64,000 nt of DNA from Nitrospirota bacterium (GTDB lineage Bacteria > Nitrospirota > JACRHJ01), in the NCBI GenBank assembly GCA_021784575.1, contig JAJYHX010000001.1, forward strand, positions 413,917 through 477,916, written 5' to 3'. The position numbers and the translations under genes were made by a program. Below the pieces are notes generated by a model. That model had not been told where the DNA came from. It was given only the letters and a program-made list of their open reading frames with translations, and ran no database searches. Every line of letters starts with the position of its first letter. The first letter of the stretch is position 1. Positions 1 to 10,120 of the stretch are shown here, in pieces.

Positions 1-65
1 CCAAGGTATGCGCCCGCCGCGAGGACGGCAAGTATCGAAACAAAGATAATCAGTTTCTTTTTCAT
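1..65 (-). CDS. 5' end of probable efflux RND periplasmic adaptor (CusB/CzcB-like), truncated by window edge
   Basis: ATG at 65 with AGGAG RBS; MKKKLIIFVSILAVLAAGAYL membrane anchor; directly downstream of TolC-family gene. Confidence 0.55.
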   Translation of the reverse strand, partial: MKKKLIIFVSILAVLAAGAYL

Positions 66-134
66 CTGGAATTCTCCTGTCGGACTGCCAGCCGTCAGCA
101 GCCGGTCTGCCTGAAGCCGGTCTACCGGCCCGGT

Positions 135-1439
135 CTACCTGTTCGAGGCCGGTCTGCCGGGCCGGACCGCCGGTCCGACGGCTGCTTCGAGGCCGGCCGC
201 TTTGGTCTCCCTGTCGGCTCTCCTGTTGTAATATTCCGTCTGGTAACCAAGCAGCGTCCGGATGGAGTCCAGCAGGTCGATATACTGCACCTTGCCGACC
301 TCGTATCCGGCAAGCCCCGCGCTTATGTCGTCGTTCGCCTCCGGGATAATAACTTCCCTGTAGAGCTTTATCATCCTGTCGTCCTTCTCTATCTGCCAGA
401 CGAGGGACTCGACCTTTGTCTTTATCGCGTTCTCTTCGGCGTCTTTTTCTTCCTCCGCCGAGGACTTCAGCAGCGCCGCCTCCTTTATGCCCGGCTCTAT
501 CTTCGACCTGCGCCATATGGGGAGGTTTATGGAGACGACGGCGGAGACCATGTCGGAGGGCCGCACACCGTTATTCTGCCTGTCTCTTTCCATATACTGG
601 GCCGAAACGGTGAAGTCGGGATAAGCCGCCTTCCTTGCGAGCGCAATCAGCGTCTCGCCCTTCTTTATGCGTTCGGACGCGGCCATGATCTCCGGGCGGT
701 TTGCAACGGCTGCCTTTGCAAGCGCCCTGGCGTCGAGGGTAAGCGGCGCGGGTTTTATGTCCTCCACCGCCCCCTCCACCGGGGCGTCCCGCCCGAGGAG
801 CGCGCCGAGCCTGGCCCGTTCCGTCCCGTCTTCCTTCCGGAGGGCGAGCCGCCTGTCGATGAGCATGGACTGCTCGAGCTGCGTCTTGATTATATCCCTC
901 ATGCTGCCAATGCCCACGGAATAGCGGGACTGGGCGATTTTCCCCAGGCTGTCGAGCAGCGCGCCAGTCTTCTTCAGGACTTCCAGGTCCTTCTTTATCC
1001 TGTAGAGCCTGAAATAAGCCGTCTTCACGTCCAGCTCAAGCGACAGGGCGTCTTCGCCGTAATCGCCCTTGACTGCCCCGGCCTCCTCCGAGGCGGCCTT
1101 TTCTCTCAAGGCCCTTTTGCCGAAGAACGGGAATGTCTGGGACAGCCCTATCATCTTCGAGGTCATCATGTCCTCGTCGAATTCAAAGGAGTTTACGGGG
1201 AGGTTCAGGACTCCGGCCATAAGCATCGGGTCGGGCAGCGCCCCGGCCTGCGGCACGCGCTCCAGGGCCGCCCGATACTTGTATTTCACCGCCGAGAGCG
1301 CCGGGTTCTTCGCCCTCGCCTCGGCCAAGAGGGCGGAGAGCCTCAGGGTCTCTCCTGCGTGCGCCGGGACGCCGGGCGCGGCGAAAAGGACAAATGATAT
1401 TAACATCGGCGTTATTCTCATGGCAGAAATATACCTCAT
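135..1439 (-). CDS. TolC-family outer membrane efflux protein (CusC/CzcC-like)
   Basis: Signal peptide; NP-L and LPDP motifs, SQTFPFFGKR, two OEP repeats, YEVG-V-YIDLLD C-terminal motif. Confidence 0.9.
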   Translation of the reverse strand: MRYISAMRITPMLISFVLFAAPGVPAHAGETLRLSALLAEARAKNPALSAVKYKYRAALERVPQAGALPDPMLMAGVLNLPVNSFEFDEDMMTSKMIGLSQTFPFFGKRALREKAASEEAGAVKGDYGEDALSLELDVKTAYFRLYRIKKDLEVLKKTGALLDSLGKIAQSRYSVGIGSMRDIIKTQLEQSMLIDRRLALRKEDGTERARLGALLGRDAPVEGAVEDIKPAPLTLDARALAKAAVANRPEIMAASERIKKGETLIALARKAAYPDFTVSAQYMERDRQNNGVRPSDMVSAVVSINLPIWRRSKIEPGIKEAALLKSSAEEEKDAEENAIKTKVESLVWQIEKDDRMIKLYREVIIPEANDDISAGLAGYEVGKVQYIDLLDSIRTLLGYQTEYYNRRADRETKAAGLEAAVGPAVRPGRPASNR

Positions 1440-1579
1440 TTATTAAGATATTTCCAAGGAGTAACGGCGGATTCTTCGGCTGCCGCCTCAGAACGGCGCG
1501 CGCTTTTCTAGACGCAGGCGCGCCCTCGAAAGATGCGGCGTTCAAGCCGCTCTTTAAGTTCGCGCCCGCTTGAGCGGGT

Positions 1580-1972
1580 TCAGCAGAGATATGCGGAGTT
1601 AAGTTTATAGACGGGCACGGAGGCCGGAGCCCTCGGCGGGGAGCCGGTAACAAGCGGGGATTTCCCAAGGGAGATTTTTATGGCAAAAGCCGGCGAGCAG
1701 ACGTGCGGCGCGCCTGACAGATACCTTTCAGCCCGGGCCGTATTGACCGTCGCCGGAACAAGCCGCCGGGCGGCCTGGGCCATGCAACAGGGTGTTTTCT
1801 GCGCGCTTATGCTGTGCCCGGATGCGGTATCCGTCCCGCAAGCCGTCACGGCCATGCCCGGGGCCGGCCGACCGGCGCAACAGGGCATGTTGCAGGGTTT
1901 CGGCGGCATGAACGCGCCGAGGAGGTTAAGGCTTATCGCGGCAGCCAGGAATGCTTTGAAAAATATCTTCAC
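1580..1972 (-). CDS. Cys-rich small protein/leader upstream of metal efflux operon (CzcI/DUF2946-like)
   Basis: GTG start, hydrophobic N-terminus, CxxxCC and CC motifs, C-terminal SPPRAP...YKLNSAYLC; co-oriented upstream of TolC. Confidence 0.6.
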   Translation of the reverse strand: MKIFFKAFLAAAISLNLLGAFMPPKPCNMPCCAGRPAPGMAVTACGTDTASGHSISAQKTPCCMAQAARRLVPATVNTARAERYLSGAPHVCSPAFAIKISLGKSPLVTGSPPRAPASVPVYKLNSAYLC

Positions 1973-2065
1973 GCTTTATTTATACGTCAGGGACCTTGCG
2001 GCTGTCAAGATAAAACACATGGGGGAATACGCGATATTCCGGAATATACCGGTGTCCCGAAGCCG

Positions 2066-5000
2066 TCAAACGCGGGCAATCGCGTCGTTCATGCGGCCAT
2101 CGGCCTGGTGCATGAACGCCTCAAGGCGGGTTATCGCGCCCGCCTGCTCGTTTCCGTCGTACGACATGGAGATATACGGAAACCCTTCGTAATCCTCGGA
2201 AAATTTCTTTAGAAGCGCGGCGACGATCGTCCCCGGCATACAGTTGAACGGCATCGCGTTCACAAGACCCGAGACCCCCTGGCGCGCGAAGTCAACGCTC
2301 TTGCCCATCGAGAGTATGGCCTCGCCCTGGAAGCTCGCCTTAAGGTAGGGAAGGGCAAGCGACAGGGTCTCCTTTATAGGCGGCTCGTGCAGGGTTTTTA
2401 AGTATCCGTCGAATATCGAGGCGTATTTCTTCTCTATCCTCGTCTGGACGAAATGCGTCGTCAGGCAGGAGAAATATTCGGAGAGCTTGCCCTTGCGCTT
2501 TGAGGCGTCGATATTCGTATGGTTCTGATAGAATATCCACTCCCCGAACGGCGCAAGCCAGACCTCCCCGCCGAGGGCCTCTATCTTCTTTATGACGGAT
2601 TCGTTCGAGAACTCGTTGCTCCGGACGTATATCTCTCCGACGATGCCGATGAGGGGCCTTTGGGTGTGGTTCTTGGGCAGGGCCTCGAAGGCCTCCCGCA
2701 TGTCCCGGAGCGCAGGCTCCATCGGCAGGCCCTTCTCTATGGCGCCGCATATGACCCCGCGAAACTCCCTGTGCAGGGCCTCGGCCGTGCCCTTTTCCTT
2801 CTCGTAGGGGCGGCTTTCGTGCAGGCACTTGTTCAGGAGGTCTGTCGCCACGATGCCCTGCCAGGCGCTGCGCACGAAACTGCTCCCGACCATCCCCAGG
2901 TCGCGGTAGAGGCCCTCGTCCTGGTTCGGGGCGTAGATGGGCACGTCGGGGAAACCGATTTCGTCGAGCACGAGGCGGTGCAGCATGTTATACTGCCCGA
3001 AGCGGCACGGCCCAGTCCCGGAAGGCATGAAGAAGGCCGAAGCGCCGGGGTCGAAACCCGGCTTCGCGCATATCTTCACCATGTCGCCCGTGGTGATGAT
3101 GCAGGGATAGCACTCCTTGCCGGAGGTATGCTTCCTGCCGAGTTCGAGCGTGAGGGAATCCGGCGGCTCCGTAGGCTCGGCCTCTATGCCGTGCCGCCTG
3201 AACGCGGACGCCAGCGCGAAGGCGTGGTCGCACATGCGCGGTATGAATATCTTCCGGGCGCCCCCGCTTTTGGAGTATGACACCTGCCGTATCTTCTTCC
3301 GCGCGGCCTTTAGCATCCCGACGTTCCCGATGGAGTCCAGGAACGCCTCGCACCTCGTTATCGCGCCCGCGTCGGCGGAATGCTCGTCCAACTCGAGCTG
3401 GAGGTATGGTTTCCCGCCCATGACCTCCTTGAAGTACTTCGTCAGGAAGGAGTCCGGCCCGCAGCCGTAGTTCGTGACGTAGAGCGCGTTCAGCCTTTTG
3501 TCCTCCCGGACAATCTCCGCCCCCTGGAGTATCCTCTGGCCGCTCCGCCAGTACATGTTCGGCCACTCGCGGCTGATGTCTATGTCGCCGAGCGGCAGGA
3601 AATCGAGCGGCACGGCGGCGATGCCGAGGTCCCGGAGCTTTTCGGGGAGGTCGAGGTTCAACCCCCCGTCGCAGCCGTTGTAAGGCCTGCTCATTATTAC
3701 GATTGCGCGGCCATCTTCGCCGAGGGAGCCGAGGAATTCCTTCCCGGCCCTTTTAACGCCGTCGTAGAATTCCCTCTGCACCCCAGCCCCCGCCTCAAGC
3801 GCGGACTTTATCCTGCCCGTCCCGATACCGTAATCGGAAAACGCGGCTTTCAATTCCTTCGCCATCTCCGCGGCGTCCAGGCCGAAATCTATGGACGGGG
3901 CGATTAATTTAAGGCCCGGTATGGCCGCGCTTGCGAGATACGGGATGGTCTGGACGTATGGGCACGCAAGCCCCCGCATCTTTGCTCCGTCCTGCGCGAG
4001 GTTTATGAAAGAGGGAAGGAATATCCGCTCCACGCCCTTGTCGATCAAGTCCAGTATGTGCCCGTGGGCCATCTTTATCGGGAAGCAGGACTCGGCGCCC
4101 ACCGCCTCCAGGCCCCGGCGGATGGTGGACTTGTTCGAGCGGTCGGAGAGCATCACGGTAAATCCGAGGCCCTCCAGAAACGCCCGCCAGAACGGGAACT
4201 GCTCGTGGAAGAACAGCGTGTACGGTATGCCGATAACCGGCCTCGAACCCGCTTCGCGCGATGCGCGGGGAGACGCTTCCGGATTCGCCGTTGGCGCCGA
4301 TGTATCGTAGCCCTTCAGGAGCAGCTCCTCCCGGAGCGCGAAAAGGCGCGGGAGTTGATTTTCGTCTTTCGCGGCCTTGCGTTTCACGTCGTATTTCTCG
4401 CAGCGCGAGCCGTAGAAGAGTTTGTCCTTCTCGCCTTCTATGGTCACCTGCCTTATTTCGCATTGGTTGGAGCAGCCCTTGCAATCGAAAGACTTTACGC
4501 TGTAATTGCGGTCGCCCAGGTCGAAGCCCTTGAAGGCGCTTGTTTTGATACCCGTCTGTTCGGCGTGTTTCTTCGCAATGAGCGCCATGCCGATCGCGCC
4601 TGTTACGTCGTGGTGCGGCGGGACGGTGATGGGTTTCCCCGTAACGCGCTCGAATGCCGCCGCGACGCCTTTGTTGAACGCCACGCCGCCCTGGAAGAAT
4701 ATACGCTCGCCTACCTTCTTGTCGCCGACTACCCTGTTTAAGTAATTGTAAACGATGGAGTAGCCGAGTCCCGCGACAAGGTCTTCCTTCGGCGCGCCTT
4801 TCTGCTGGTGGGAGACGACGGCGGACTCCATGAATACGGTGCAGCGCTCGCCCAGGGATATGGGGCATCGGGAAGAAAGCGACATCTCGCCGAACTGACC
4901 TTTGATGTTTATGTCGAGCCTCTCGGCCTGCTCTTCCAGGAACGAGCCGGTGCCCGCCGCGCATACCTTGTTCATCTCGAAGTCCACGACGACTCCGTCC

Positions 5001-6265
5001 CGAAGAGAGATGAACTTGGAGTCCTGCCCCCCTATCTCGAATATCGTGTCCACGGACGGGTCTGTGTCCGCCGCCGCGGTGGCCTGGGCGGTAATCTCAT
5101 TCTTCACGACGTCCGCGCCTATGAAATCGGCAATCATGTAACGCCCGGAGCCTGTCGTGCCCGCGCCCTTTACGGTTATCCTGCCGCCGATCTCCGCGCC
5201 GACCTCGCGGAGGCCCCGGCGCACGGCTTCTATCGGCCTGCCCGCCGTCATCAGATAGCGTTTCGAGAGCACGCGCTTTTCCCCGTCTATCACCACGACG
5301 TTCGTGCTTATCGAGCCTATGTCAACGCCGAGGTACGCGTCGATTTTCCCGCCGCCTTCGATCCTGCCGACCTCCGAGAGCGGGCTGCTGCGCATCAGAA
5401 ACTTTTCGTCCGCCATTAGCGGCGCCAGCCCGCCGCCGCTGTAACGGGCCACCTTAAGGTGGGCGCGCACCCTGTCCGCGCCGTGGAAGGCGCGCATATC
5501 TCCGCGGGCCCCGGCGTAAAGCGCCGCGCCCGCAGCCGTAAGGACGGAGAAATGCTCCGGCACGATTAATCCGTCACCGGTCTCCATTACCTCCCGAAAC
5601 GCCCGCACCATGCCCGCATTGGCCGCCACTCCGCCCGCGAACATCATCGGCGGAAGCATCTTCTTCCCACGGCCTATGGCGCTCTTGAAGTTCCGCGCGA
5701 CGGCGAAACAGAGGCCTGCGACAATGTCGTAGTCCGGCGTGGCGAGCTGCTGGAGGTGTATCATGTCGGACTTTGCGAACACGCTGCACCGCCCGGCGAT
5801 GCGCGGCGGGTTTTGGGACTTGAGCGCAAGCTCGCCGAACTCGTTTTCTATTTTTATGTTCAGCCTCTCGGCCTGCTGGTCGAGGAACGAGCCGGTGCCC
5901 GCCGCGCACGCGGAGTTCATGGAGAAGTCCTTCAGCCTGCCGCTCTCCATCACAAGGAGCTTCGAGTCCTCGCCTCCCATTTCGATAACCGTCCTTGCCT
6001 CAGGGTAATATCTCCCGGCGGCGGCGGAAAGCGCGACGACTTCGTTTACGTGCGTAACGTCGAGTATGCTGGCCAGCAGCTTCCCGGCGGAGCCTGTTAC
6101 GACAAGGGGCGCGCCGTCGGGCAGCTCGTCGAGGAACTCAAGCGCGGCGGCGAGCGCCTGACCGTAATGTCTTTTGTACCGGGATGAGATAATTTCCCCG
6201 TCGGCCCCAAGCGTCACGGTCTTTACGCTGACGGAGCCCAGGTCGATCCCGACCATGCGTTCCAA
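2066..6265 (-). CDS. CoA-substrate-specific enzyme activase (2x BadF/BadG/BcrA/BcrD ATPase + DUF2229/2-hydroxyacyl-CoA dehydratase-like domains)
   Basis: Two GIDxGS / GGxDSK / CAAGTGSFL / RCxVF ATPase modules, CKGCSNQC, CFPIK, CGPDSF, GPCRFGQY, PFNCMP; TTG start 8 nt after AAGGAGG. Confidence 0.9.
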   Translation of the reverse strand: MERMVGIDLGSVSVKTVTLGADGEIISSRYKRHYGQALAAALEFLDELPDGAPLVVTGSAGKLLASILDVTHVNEVVALSAAAGRYYPEARTVIEMGGEDSKLLVMESGRLKDFSMNSACAAGTGSFLDQQAERLNIKIENEFGELALKSQNPPRIAGRCSVFAKSDMIHLQQLATPDYDIVAGLCFAVARNFKSAIGRGKKMLPPMMFAGGVAANAGMVRAFREVMETGDGLIVPEHFSVLTAAGAALYAGARGDMRAFHGADRVRAHLKVARYSGGGLAPLMADEKFLMRSSPLSEVGRIEGGGKIDAYLGVDIGSISTNVVVIDGEKRVLSKRYLMTAGRPIEAVRRGLREVGAEIGGRITVKGAGTTGSGRYMIADFIGADVVKNEITAQATAAADTDPSVDTIFEIGGQDSKFISLRDGVVVDFEMNKVCAAGTGSFLEEQAERLDINIKGQFGEMSLSSRCPISLGERCTVFMESAVVSHQQKGAPKEDLVAGLGYSIVYNYLNRVVGDKKVGERIFFQGGVAFNKGVAAAFERVTGKPITVPPHHDVTGAIGMALIAKKHAEQTGIKTSAFKGFDLGDRNYSVKSFDCKGCSNQCEIRQVTIEGEKDKLFYGSRCEKYDVKRKAAKDENQLPRLFALREELLLKGYDTSAPTANPEASPRASREAGSRPVIGIPYTLFFHEQFPFWRAFLEGLGFTVMLSDRSNKSTIRRGLEAVGAESCFPIKMAHGHILDLIDKGVERIFLPSFINLAQDGAKMRGLACPYVQTIPYLASAAIPGLKLIAPSIDFGLDAAEMAKELKAAFSDYGIGTGRIKSALEAGAGVQREFYDGVKRAGKEFLGSLGEDGRAIVIMSRPYNGCDGGLNLDLPEKLRDLGIAAVPLDFLPLGDIDISREWPNMYWRSGQRILQGAEIVREDKRLNALYVTNYGCGPDSFLTKYFKEVMGGKPYLQLELDEHSADAGAITRCEAFLDSIGNVGMLKAARKKIRQVSYSKSGGARKIFIPRMCDHAFALASAFRRHGIEAEPTEPPDSLTLELGRKHTSGKECYPCIITTGDMVKICAKPGFDPGASAFFMPSGTGPCRFGQYNMLHRLVLDEIGFPDVPIYAPNQDEGLYRDLGMVGSSFVRSAWQGIVATDLLNKCLHESRPYEKEKGTAEALHREFRGVICGAIEKGLPMEPALRDMREAFEALPKNHTQRPLIGIVGEIYVRSNEFSNESVIKKIEALGGEVWLAPFGEWIFYQNHTNIDASKRKGKLSEYFSCLTTHFVQTRIEKKYASIFDGYLKTLHEPPIKETLSLALPYLKASFQGEAILSMGKSVDFARQGVSGLVNAMPFNCMPGTIVAALLKKFSEDYEGFPYISMSYDGNEQAGAITRLEAFMHQADGRMNDAIARV

Positions 6266-6298
6266 TTAACGCGCCTCCTTTATGAAATTGCTCGGGAA

Positions 6299-6397
6299 CC
6301 CTCTCCCTGGCCTTCAGCCTTCCCTCTCCCACGCCGGGGAGAGGGAAAATTCTTTACCCCTCGCCCTTTTTATGGGAGAGGGGCTTGGGGAGAGGGT
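6299..6397. repeat. CCCTCTCCC...GGGAGAGGG palindromic (REP-like) cluster
   Basis: Nested hairpins; similar cluster at 23528-23645; overlaps the pncB stop codon. Confidence 0.7.
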
Positions 6398-7557
6398 GAA
6401 GCCAGCCGACGCACCGCGTGCAGGACCTTCTCCCGTATGACGTCCGGCCCCGGAAGCTCCGGGATTAACCTGCCTCCGCGCATAAGCGGGAGCAGCAAGT
6501 CGTTCATCTCCCCGCCGCATTCGCAGTGCCTGTGCTTCTCCGTGAACGGGACGACCTTGTCGCAAAGACACGAAAAGCACCTGATGACGCTCTTGGTCCC
6601 CGAGGCCTTCCCGCGCTTGGAGACGGGTTTTCCGTTTATCTCAACTATGTCCATAGCGAAGTCCACCACGGGCGCGTTAGCAATGGATGTGCCGATGCCG
6701 TAGCCGTCCGCGACCGGGTTCAGTACCGGGATGTCCTTCTCGCCTATCCCGCCGCTCACGAAGAGCCTTATGTCCTTGTGCCCCCTCAAGTCAAGCTCCC
6801 ACCGGACTTCTTCGAGTATGCGGTAGAAATCCCCCCTGCGGGAGCCGGGCGTGTCGAGCCGCATGGCGCGAACCCGGTTCCCCATCGCATCGGCCACGCG
6901 GACGGCCTCGAACTTTTCGTCGTTGAAGGTGTCGATAAGGACGGTCCTCGCGGCGCTCTTCTCGATGACCTCGTCGAACGCCTCCGCCGCGGCCTTCGTG
7001 TCTCCGAATATGAGTATCAGCGCGTGCGGCATTGTGCCCATCGGGTCGTGCCCGATTAGCTCCCCGCTCTTCATGACCGACACGCCGTCGCAGCCGCCGA
7101 TGTATGCGTTTCTCTCTATCATCGGGGCGAGAACGGGGTGCATCCTGCGCGCGCCGAAGGATATGACCGGCCTCTCCCCGGCGAGCTTCTTCAGGCGAGC
7201 GGCCTTCGTGGCGATGCCGGATGCCTGGCAGACAAGCCCCAGGACGGCGGTCTCGTAATGGCCGAAGTCCGTGTAATTTCCCTCCACCTCCATCACCGGC
7301 TGATAGGGATAAAATACCGTGCCCTCCGGCATCGACCGGACGTTTACGGGAAGCCCCGACAGAAGCCCGGCCACTTCCTCGACCCCGGCGAGAACGGCCC
7401 AGTCCCGGTTGTCGGGCAGGGCCTTTGCGATTATCTCCATCCGGACGCGCGCGTCCATCCCCCTGGCCTTCAGGATGCGCATCGTGCGGTCGAAGTATAC
7501 GTCGGTTATCTTGCCGGCCTTTATGTCTTCCGGGTCTGCGGTGTGGAACATCCTCAA
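6370..7557 (-). CDS. pncB: Nicotinate phosphoribosyltransferase
   Basis: TDVYF, SFGARRMHP, GTMPHAL, LIDTF, RLDTPGSRRG, VSGGI, KRGK motifs. Confidence 0.9.
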   Translation of the reverse strand: MRMFHTADPEDIKAGKITDVYFDRTMRILKARGMDARVRMEIIAKALPDNRDWAVLAGVEEVAGLLSGLPVNVRSMPEGTVFYPYQPVMEVEGNYTDFGHYETAVLGLVCQASGIATKAARLKKLAGERPVISFGARRMHPVLAPMIERNAYIGGCDGVSVMKSGELIGHDPMGTMPHALILIFGDTKAAAEAFDEVIEKSAARTVLIDTFNDEKFEAVRVADAMGNRVRAMRLDTPGSRRGDFYRILEEVRWELDLRGHKDIRLFVSGGIGEKDIPVLNPVADGYGIGTSIANAPVVDFAMDIVEINGKPVSKRGKASGTKSVIRCFSCLCDKVVPFTEKHRHCECGGEMNDLLLPLMRGGRLIPELPGPDVIREKVLHAVRRLASPSPQAPLP

Positions 7558-8075
7558 TATACCTCCGCCTTTATCACCTGCTCCATCTCTTTTAGCGCGA
7601 ACTCGTGCATCCGCGTGTCGAGGCCCGCCGCGCAGTCCCTTGGCACGCGCACCCTGAAGCCGCGCACTGCCGCTTCGACAGCCGTGAGCATCACGCAGAT
7701 GTTCGTTACGCAGCCTGTAACCTCGACGGTTTCCACGCCGAGGCCCCGAAGCCTGTTCTCAAGCTCCGTTTTGTAAAACCCCATGAGCGTCTTTTTATGG
7801 ATAATTATATCCCGCTCCGAGGGCTTTAGCTCATCTATGACCTCCGCGCCCAATGAGCCTTCCACGGCGTGAGACGGCCAGCTCCTGAACTCCATGTCGT
7901 CCTTGTCGTGCGCGTCGCATACATAAACCACCGGAATTCCTTCCCTGCGCGCCCTGTCGAGCTCCCGCCGGATATTCGGTATGACCAGCCGCGTCATAGG
8001 GACGTAGAGCGGAGCGTCCTCCCGGCAGAAGTCGTTTAACATGTCGATGATTAAAAGGGCTTCGGCCTTTGCCAT
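7554..8075 (-). CDS. pncA: Cysteine hydrolase (nicotinamidase/isochorismatase family)
   Basis: IIDMLNDF, D-x-H, WPSHAV, TGCVTNICV; 4-nt overlap with pncB. Confidence 0.8.
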   Translation of the reverse strand: MAKAEALLIIDMLNDFCREDAPLYVPMTRLVIPNIRRELDRARREGIPVVYVCDAHDKDDMEFRSWPSHAVEGSLGAEVIDELKPSERDIIIHKKTLMGFYKTELENRLRGLGVETVEVTGCVTNICVMLTAVEAAVRGFRVRVPRDCAAGLDTRMHEFALKEMEQVIKAEVY

Positions 8076-8176
8076 GTCGGATGTGTTCTCTTTTTCGGGG
8101 CTTGCGCGGCCCGCACTTATGCGGAACTCTTATCAAGATAACAGAGAGGTATGGATTTTTCAAGGTTCAGAAGGAA

Positions 8177-8204
8177 AATAAAAGGCCGGTTTAAAAAACC
8201 GGCC
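8177..8204 (-). terminator. Intrinsic terminator after iscU
   Basis: GGCCGGTTT/AAACCGGCC stem followed by T-run on minus strand. Confidence 0.55.
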
Positions 8205-8264
8205 CAAATTTCATTATGAGCGAAAGAAGCGGCCCGATGCGGCTGCCCATTCATGGGGCGAAGT

Positions 8265-8642
8265 TTACTTAAGCCCCTTTTTACTCCTGTAATCTGAAAT
8301 CGCGCTCTGGAGCGCCTCTTCGGCGAGCACCGAGCAGTGCATCTTCTGGGACGGAAGCCCTCCAAGCGCCTCCGCGACCATCGAGTTGGAAATCTTCAGC
8401 GCGTCATCGAGCTTCTGCCCCTTTACCATCTCGGTAACCATGGAAGACGTGGCAATCGCCGCGCCGCAGCCAAGCGTCTGGAACTTGGCGTCAACTATGG
8501 TGTCGTCCTTCACCTTGATGTAGAGCTCCATTATATCGCCGCAGACCGGGTTGCCGACCTTCCCCACGCCGTCCGGGTCTGTCATCTCGCCGACATTCCG
8601 TGGATTCCTGAAGTGATCCATCACTTTCTCTGAATATGCCAT
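8265..8642 (-). CDS. iscU: Fe-S cluster scaffold IscU/NifU-N
   Basis: MAYSEKVMDHFRNPRNVG, GNPVCGD, GCGAAIA, KMHCS; start reassigned to ATG 8642. Confidence 0.93.
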   Translation of the reverse strand: MAYSEKVMDHFRNPRNVGEMTDPDGVGKVGNPVCGDIMELYIKVKDDTIVDAKFQTLGCGAAIATSSMVTEMVKGQKLDDALKISNSMVAEALGGLPSQKMHCSVLAEEALQSAISDYRSKKGLK

Positions 8643-8672
8643 TTCTAAGACCTCGTCTCCTTTCAAATGCTC

Positions 8673-8768
8673 GTCACCCCGCGCTTGACACGGCGCCCAG
8701 GAATTTTGAACTCCCTGGATTCCCGCTGGAGCCTGCCCCGGCACGTATAAAGCCGGGGCGGGAATGAC
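8673..8768 (-). repeat. GTCATTCCCGC...GGGGTGAC palindromic repeat (REP/MITE-like), with extra internal hairpin
   Basis: Reverse complement closely matches copy at 10121-10189. Confidence 0.8.
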
Positions 8769-8782
8769 GGATAAAGTGGATA

Positions 8783-9964
8783 TTACGCTGTCTGCTGTCT
8801 TAAAAAGTCCTTGTAAATCGGGCTGAAGCTCCTTAGTTTCTCCACGACCTTCGGGAGCGCCTCCAGCACCTTGTCCACGTCCTCCTCCGTATTTTCCCTG
8901 CCGAAAGACATCCGGAGCGCGCCGTGGCTCTTCTCCGGCGGGACGCCCATCGCCGCCAGGACGTGCGACGGCTCCAGCGCGTCGGAGGTGCACGCCGAAC
9001 CGGACGCGGCGCAGATGCCGTGCTCGTCGAGGCTGAGGATTATGGACTCGCCCTCGACGTACTCGAATATCACGTTCAGCGTCCCCGCGAGCCTCATGGC
9101 CGGATGGCCGTTAAGCTTCACGTGCGGGACCTTCGCCTTTATCCCCTCCCAGAGCCTGTCCCGAAGCTTCAGGAGCCGGGCCTCCTCGGCCGGCCCTTCG
9201 GCGGCCATAAGCTCGGCGGCCCTGCCGAAGCCGACAATCCCCGGGACGTTCTCCGTGCCGGGCCGGAGCGAGCGCTCCTGGTGTCCGCCGAACATTATAG
9301 GGAGTATCTTCGTCCCCTTCCGGACATACAGAAGCCCTACCCCCTTGGGGCCGTAAATCTTGTGCGACGACGCGGAGAGGAGGTCCGCTCCGAGCTCGTT
9401 CACGTTTACGGAGAGCTTCCCGAAGCTCTGGACGGCGTCGGTATGGAAGGTAATTTTGCGCGCCTTTGCCATCTTGCCTATCTCGGCAATCGGCTGGATG
9501 GTGCCGACCTCGTTGTTCGCGTGCATTATGCTGATAAGCGTCGTGCCGGAGGTGATGGAGCGCTCCACGTCGGCGGGATTTACCATCCCGTATTCATCCA
9601 CGGGGAGATACGTGACCTGCCAGCCTTCCTTCTCAAGGGCCTTGCAGGGGTTAAGCACCGCGTGGTGCTCGATCTTCGTCGTGATTATGTGATTGCCCTT
9701 TTTCCTGTTAGCCCTTGCGGCGCCGAGCACGGCGATATTGTCGCTCTCCGTGCCGCCGCTTGTGAATATCACTTCCTCCCTGTTGCAGCCGAGTATCCCC
9801 GCCATGATGTCCCTCGCTCGCTCCATCTCGACATGGGCTTCATGGCCGACGCAGTAAAGCGTGGAGGGGTTGCCGTAACAGCCCTTCAGCATACCTGCAA
9901 GCGCCTCCACAACCTCCGGCCTGACCGGGGTGGTGGCGTTATTGTCAAGATAAATCCTGCCCAT
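8783..9964 (-). CDS. iscS: Cysteine desulfurase
   Basis: YLDNNATT, FTSGGTESDN, HTDAVQ, SHKIYGPKG, SGSACTS motifs. Confidence 0.95.
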   Translation of the reverse strand: MGRIYLDNNATTPVRPEVVEALAGMLKGCYGNPSTLYCVGHEAHVEMERARDIMAGILGCNREEVIFTSGGTESDNIAVLGAARANRKKGNHIITTKIEHHAVLNPCKALEKEGWQVTYLPVDEYGMVNPADVERSITSGTTLISIMHANNEVGTIQPIAEIGKMAKARKITFHTDAVQSFGKLSVNVNELGADLLSASSHKIYGPKGVGLLYVRKGTKILPIMFGGHQERSLRPGTENVPGIVGFGRAAELMAAEGPAEEARLLKLRDRLWEGIKAKVPHVKLNGHPAMRLAGTLNVIFEYVEGESIILSLDEHGICAASGSACTSDALEPSHVLAAMGVPPEKSHGALRMSFGRENTEEDVDKVLEALPKVVEKLRSFSPIYKDFLRQQTA

Positions 9965-10120
9965 TACATCACGCTCCTTTCAAAATGCCGAACAACTCTC
10001 CCCCATTTCGCAAGCCTTTATATATACCTAATTCTAACCCTGAATGTCAACTATGTCTATAAAATTAAGTAAAAAAACCCGTCTTCGCATCCGTGCCCGT
10101 CACTCCCGCCCCTCATGTTT

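Noticed and set aside
102-158. Four CCGGTCT(A/G)CC decamers at the tolC 3' end
   Set aside because: Short, irregularly spaced GC-rich slippage repeats with no supportable function
8643-8993. N-terminal extension of IscU in the ORF track
   Set aside because: Overlaps iscS and runs through a palindromic repeat; the family N-terminus starts at 8642
10030-10056. IscR/Rrf2-like operator (ATAGTTGAC half-site) upstream of iscS
   Set aside because: Only one half-site matches, it coincides with a -35 TTGACA, and no Rrf2 gene is adjacent
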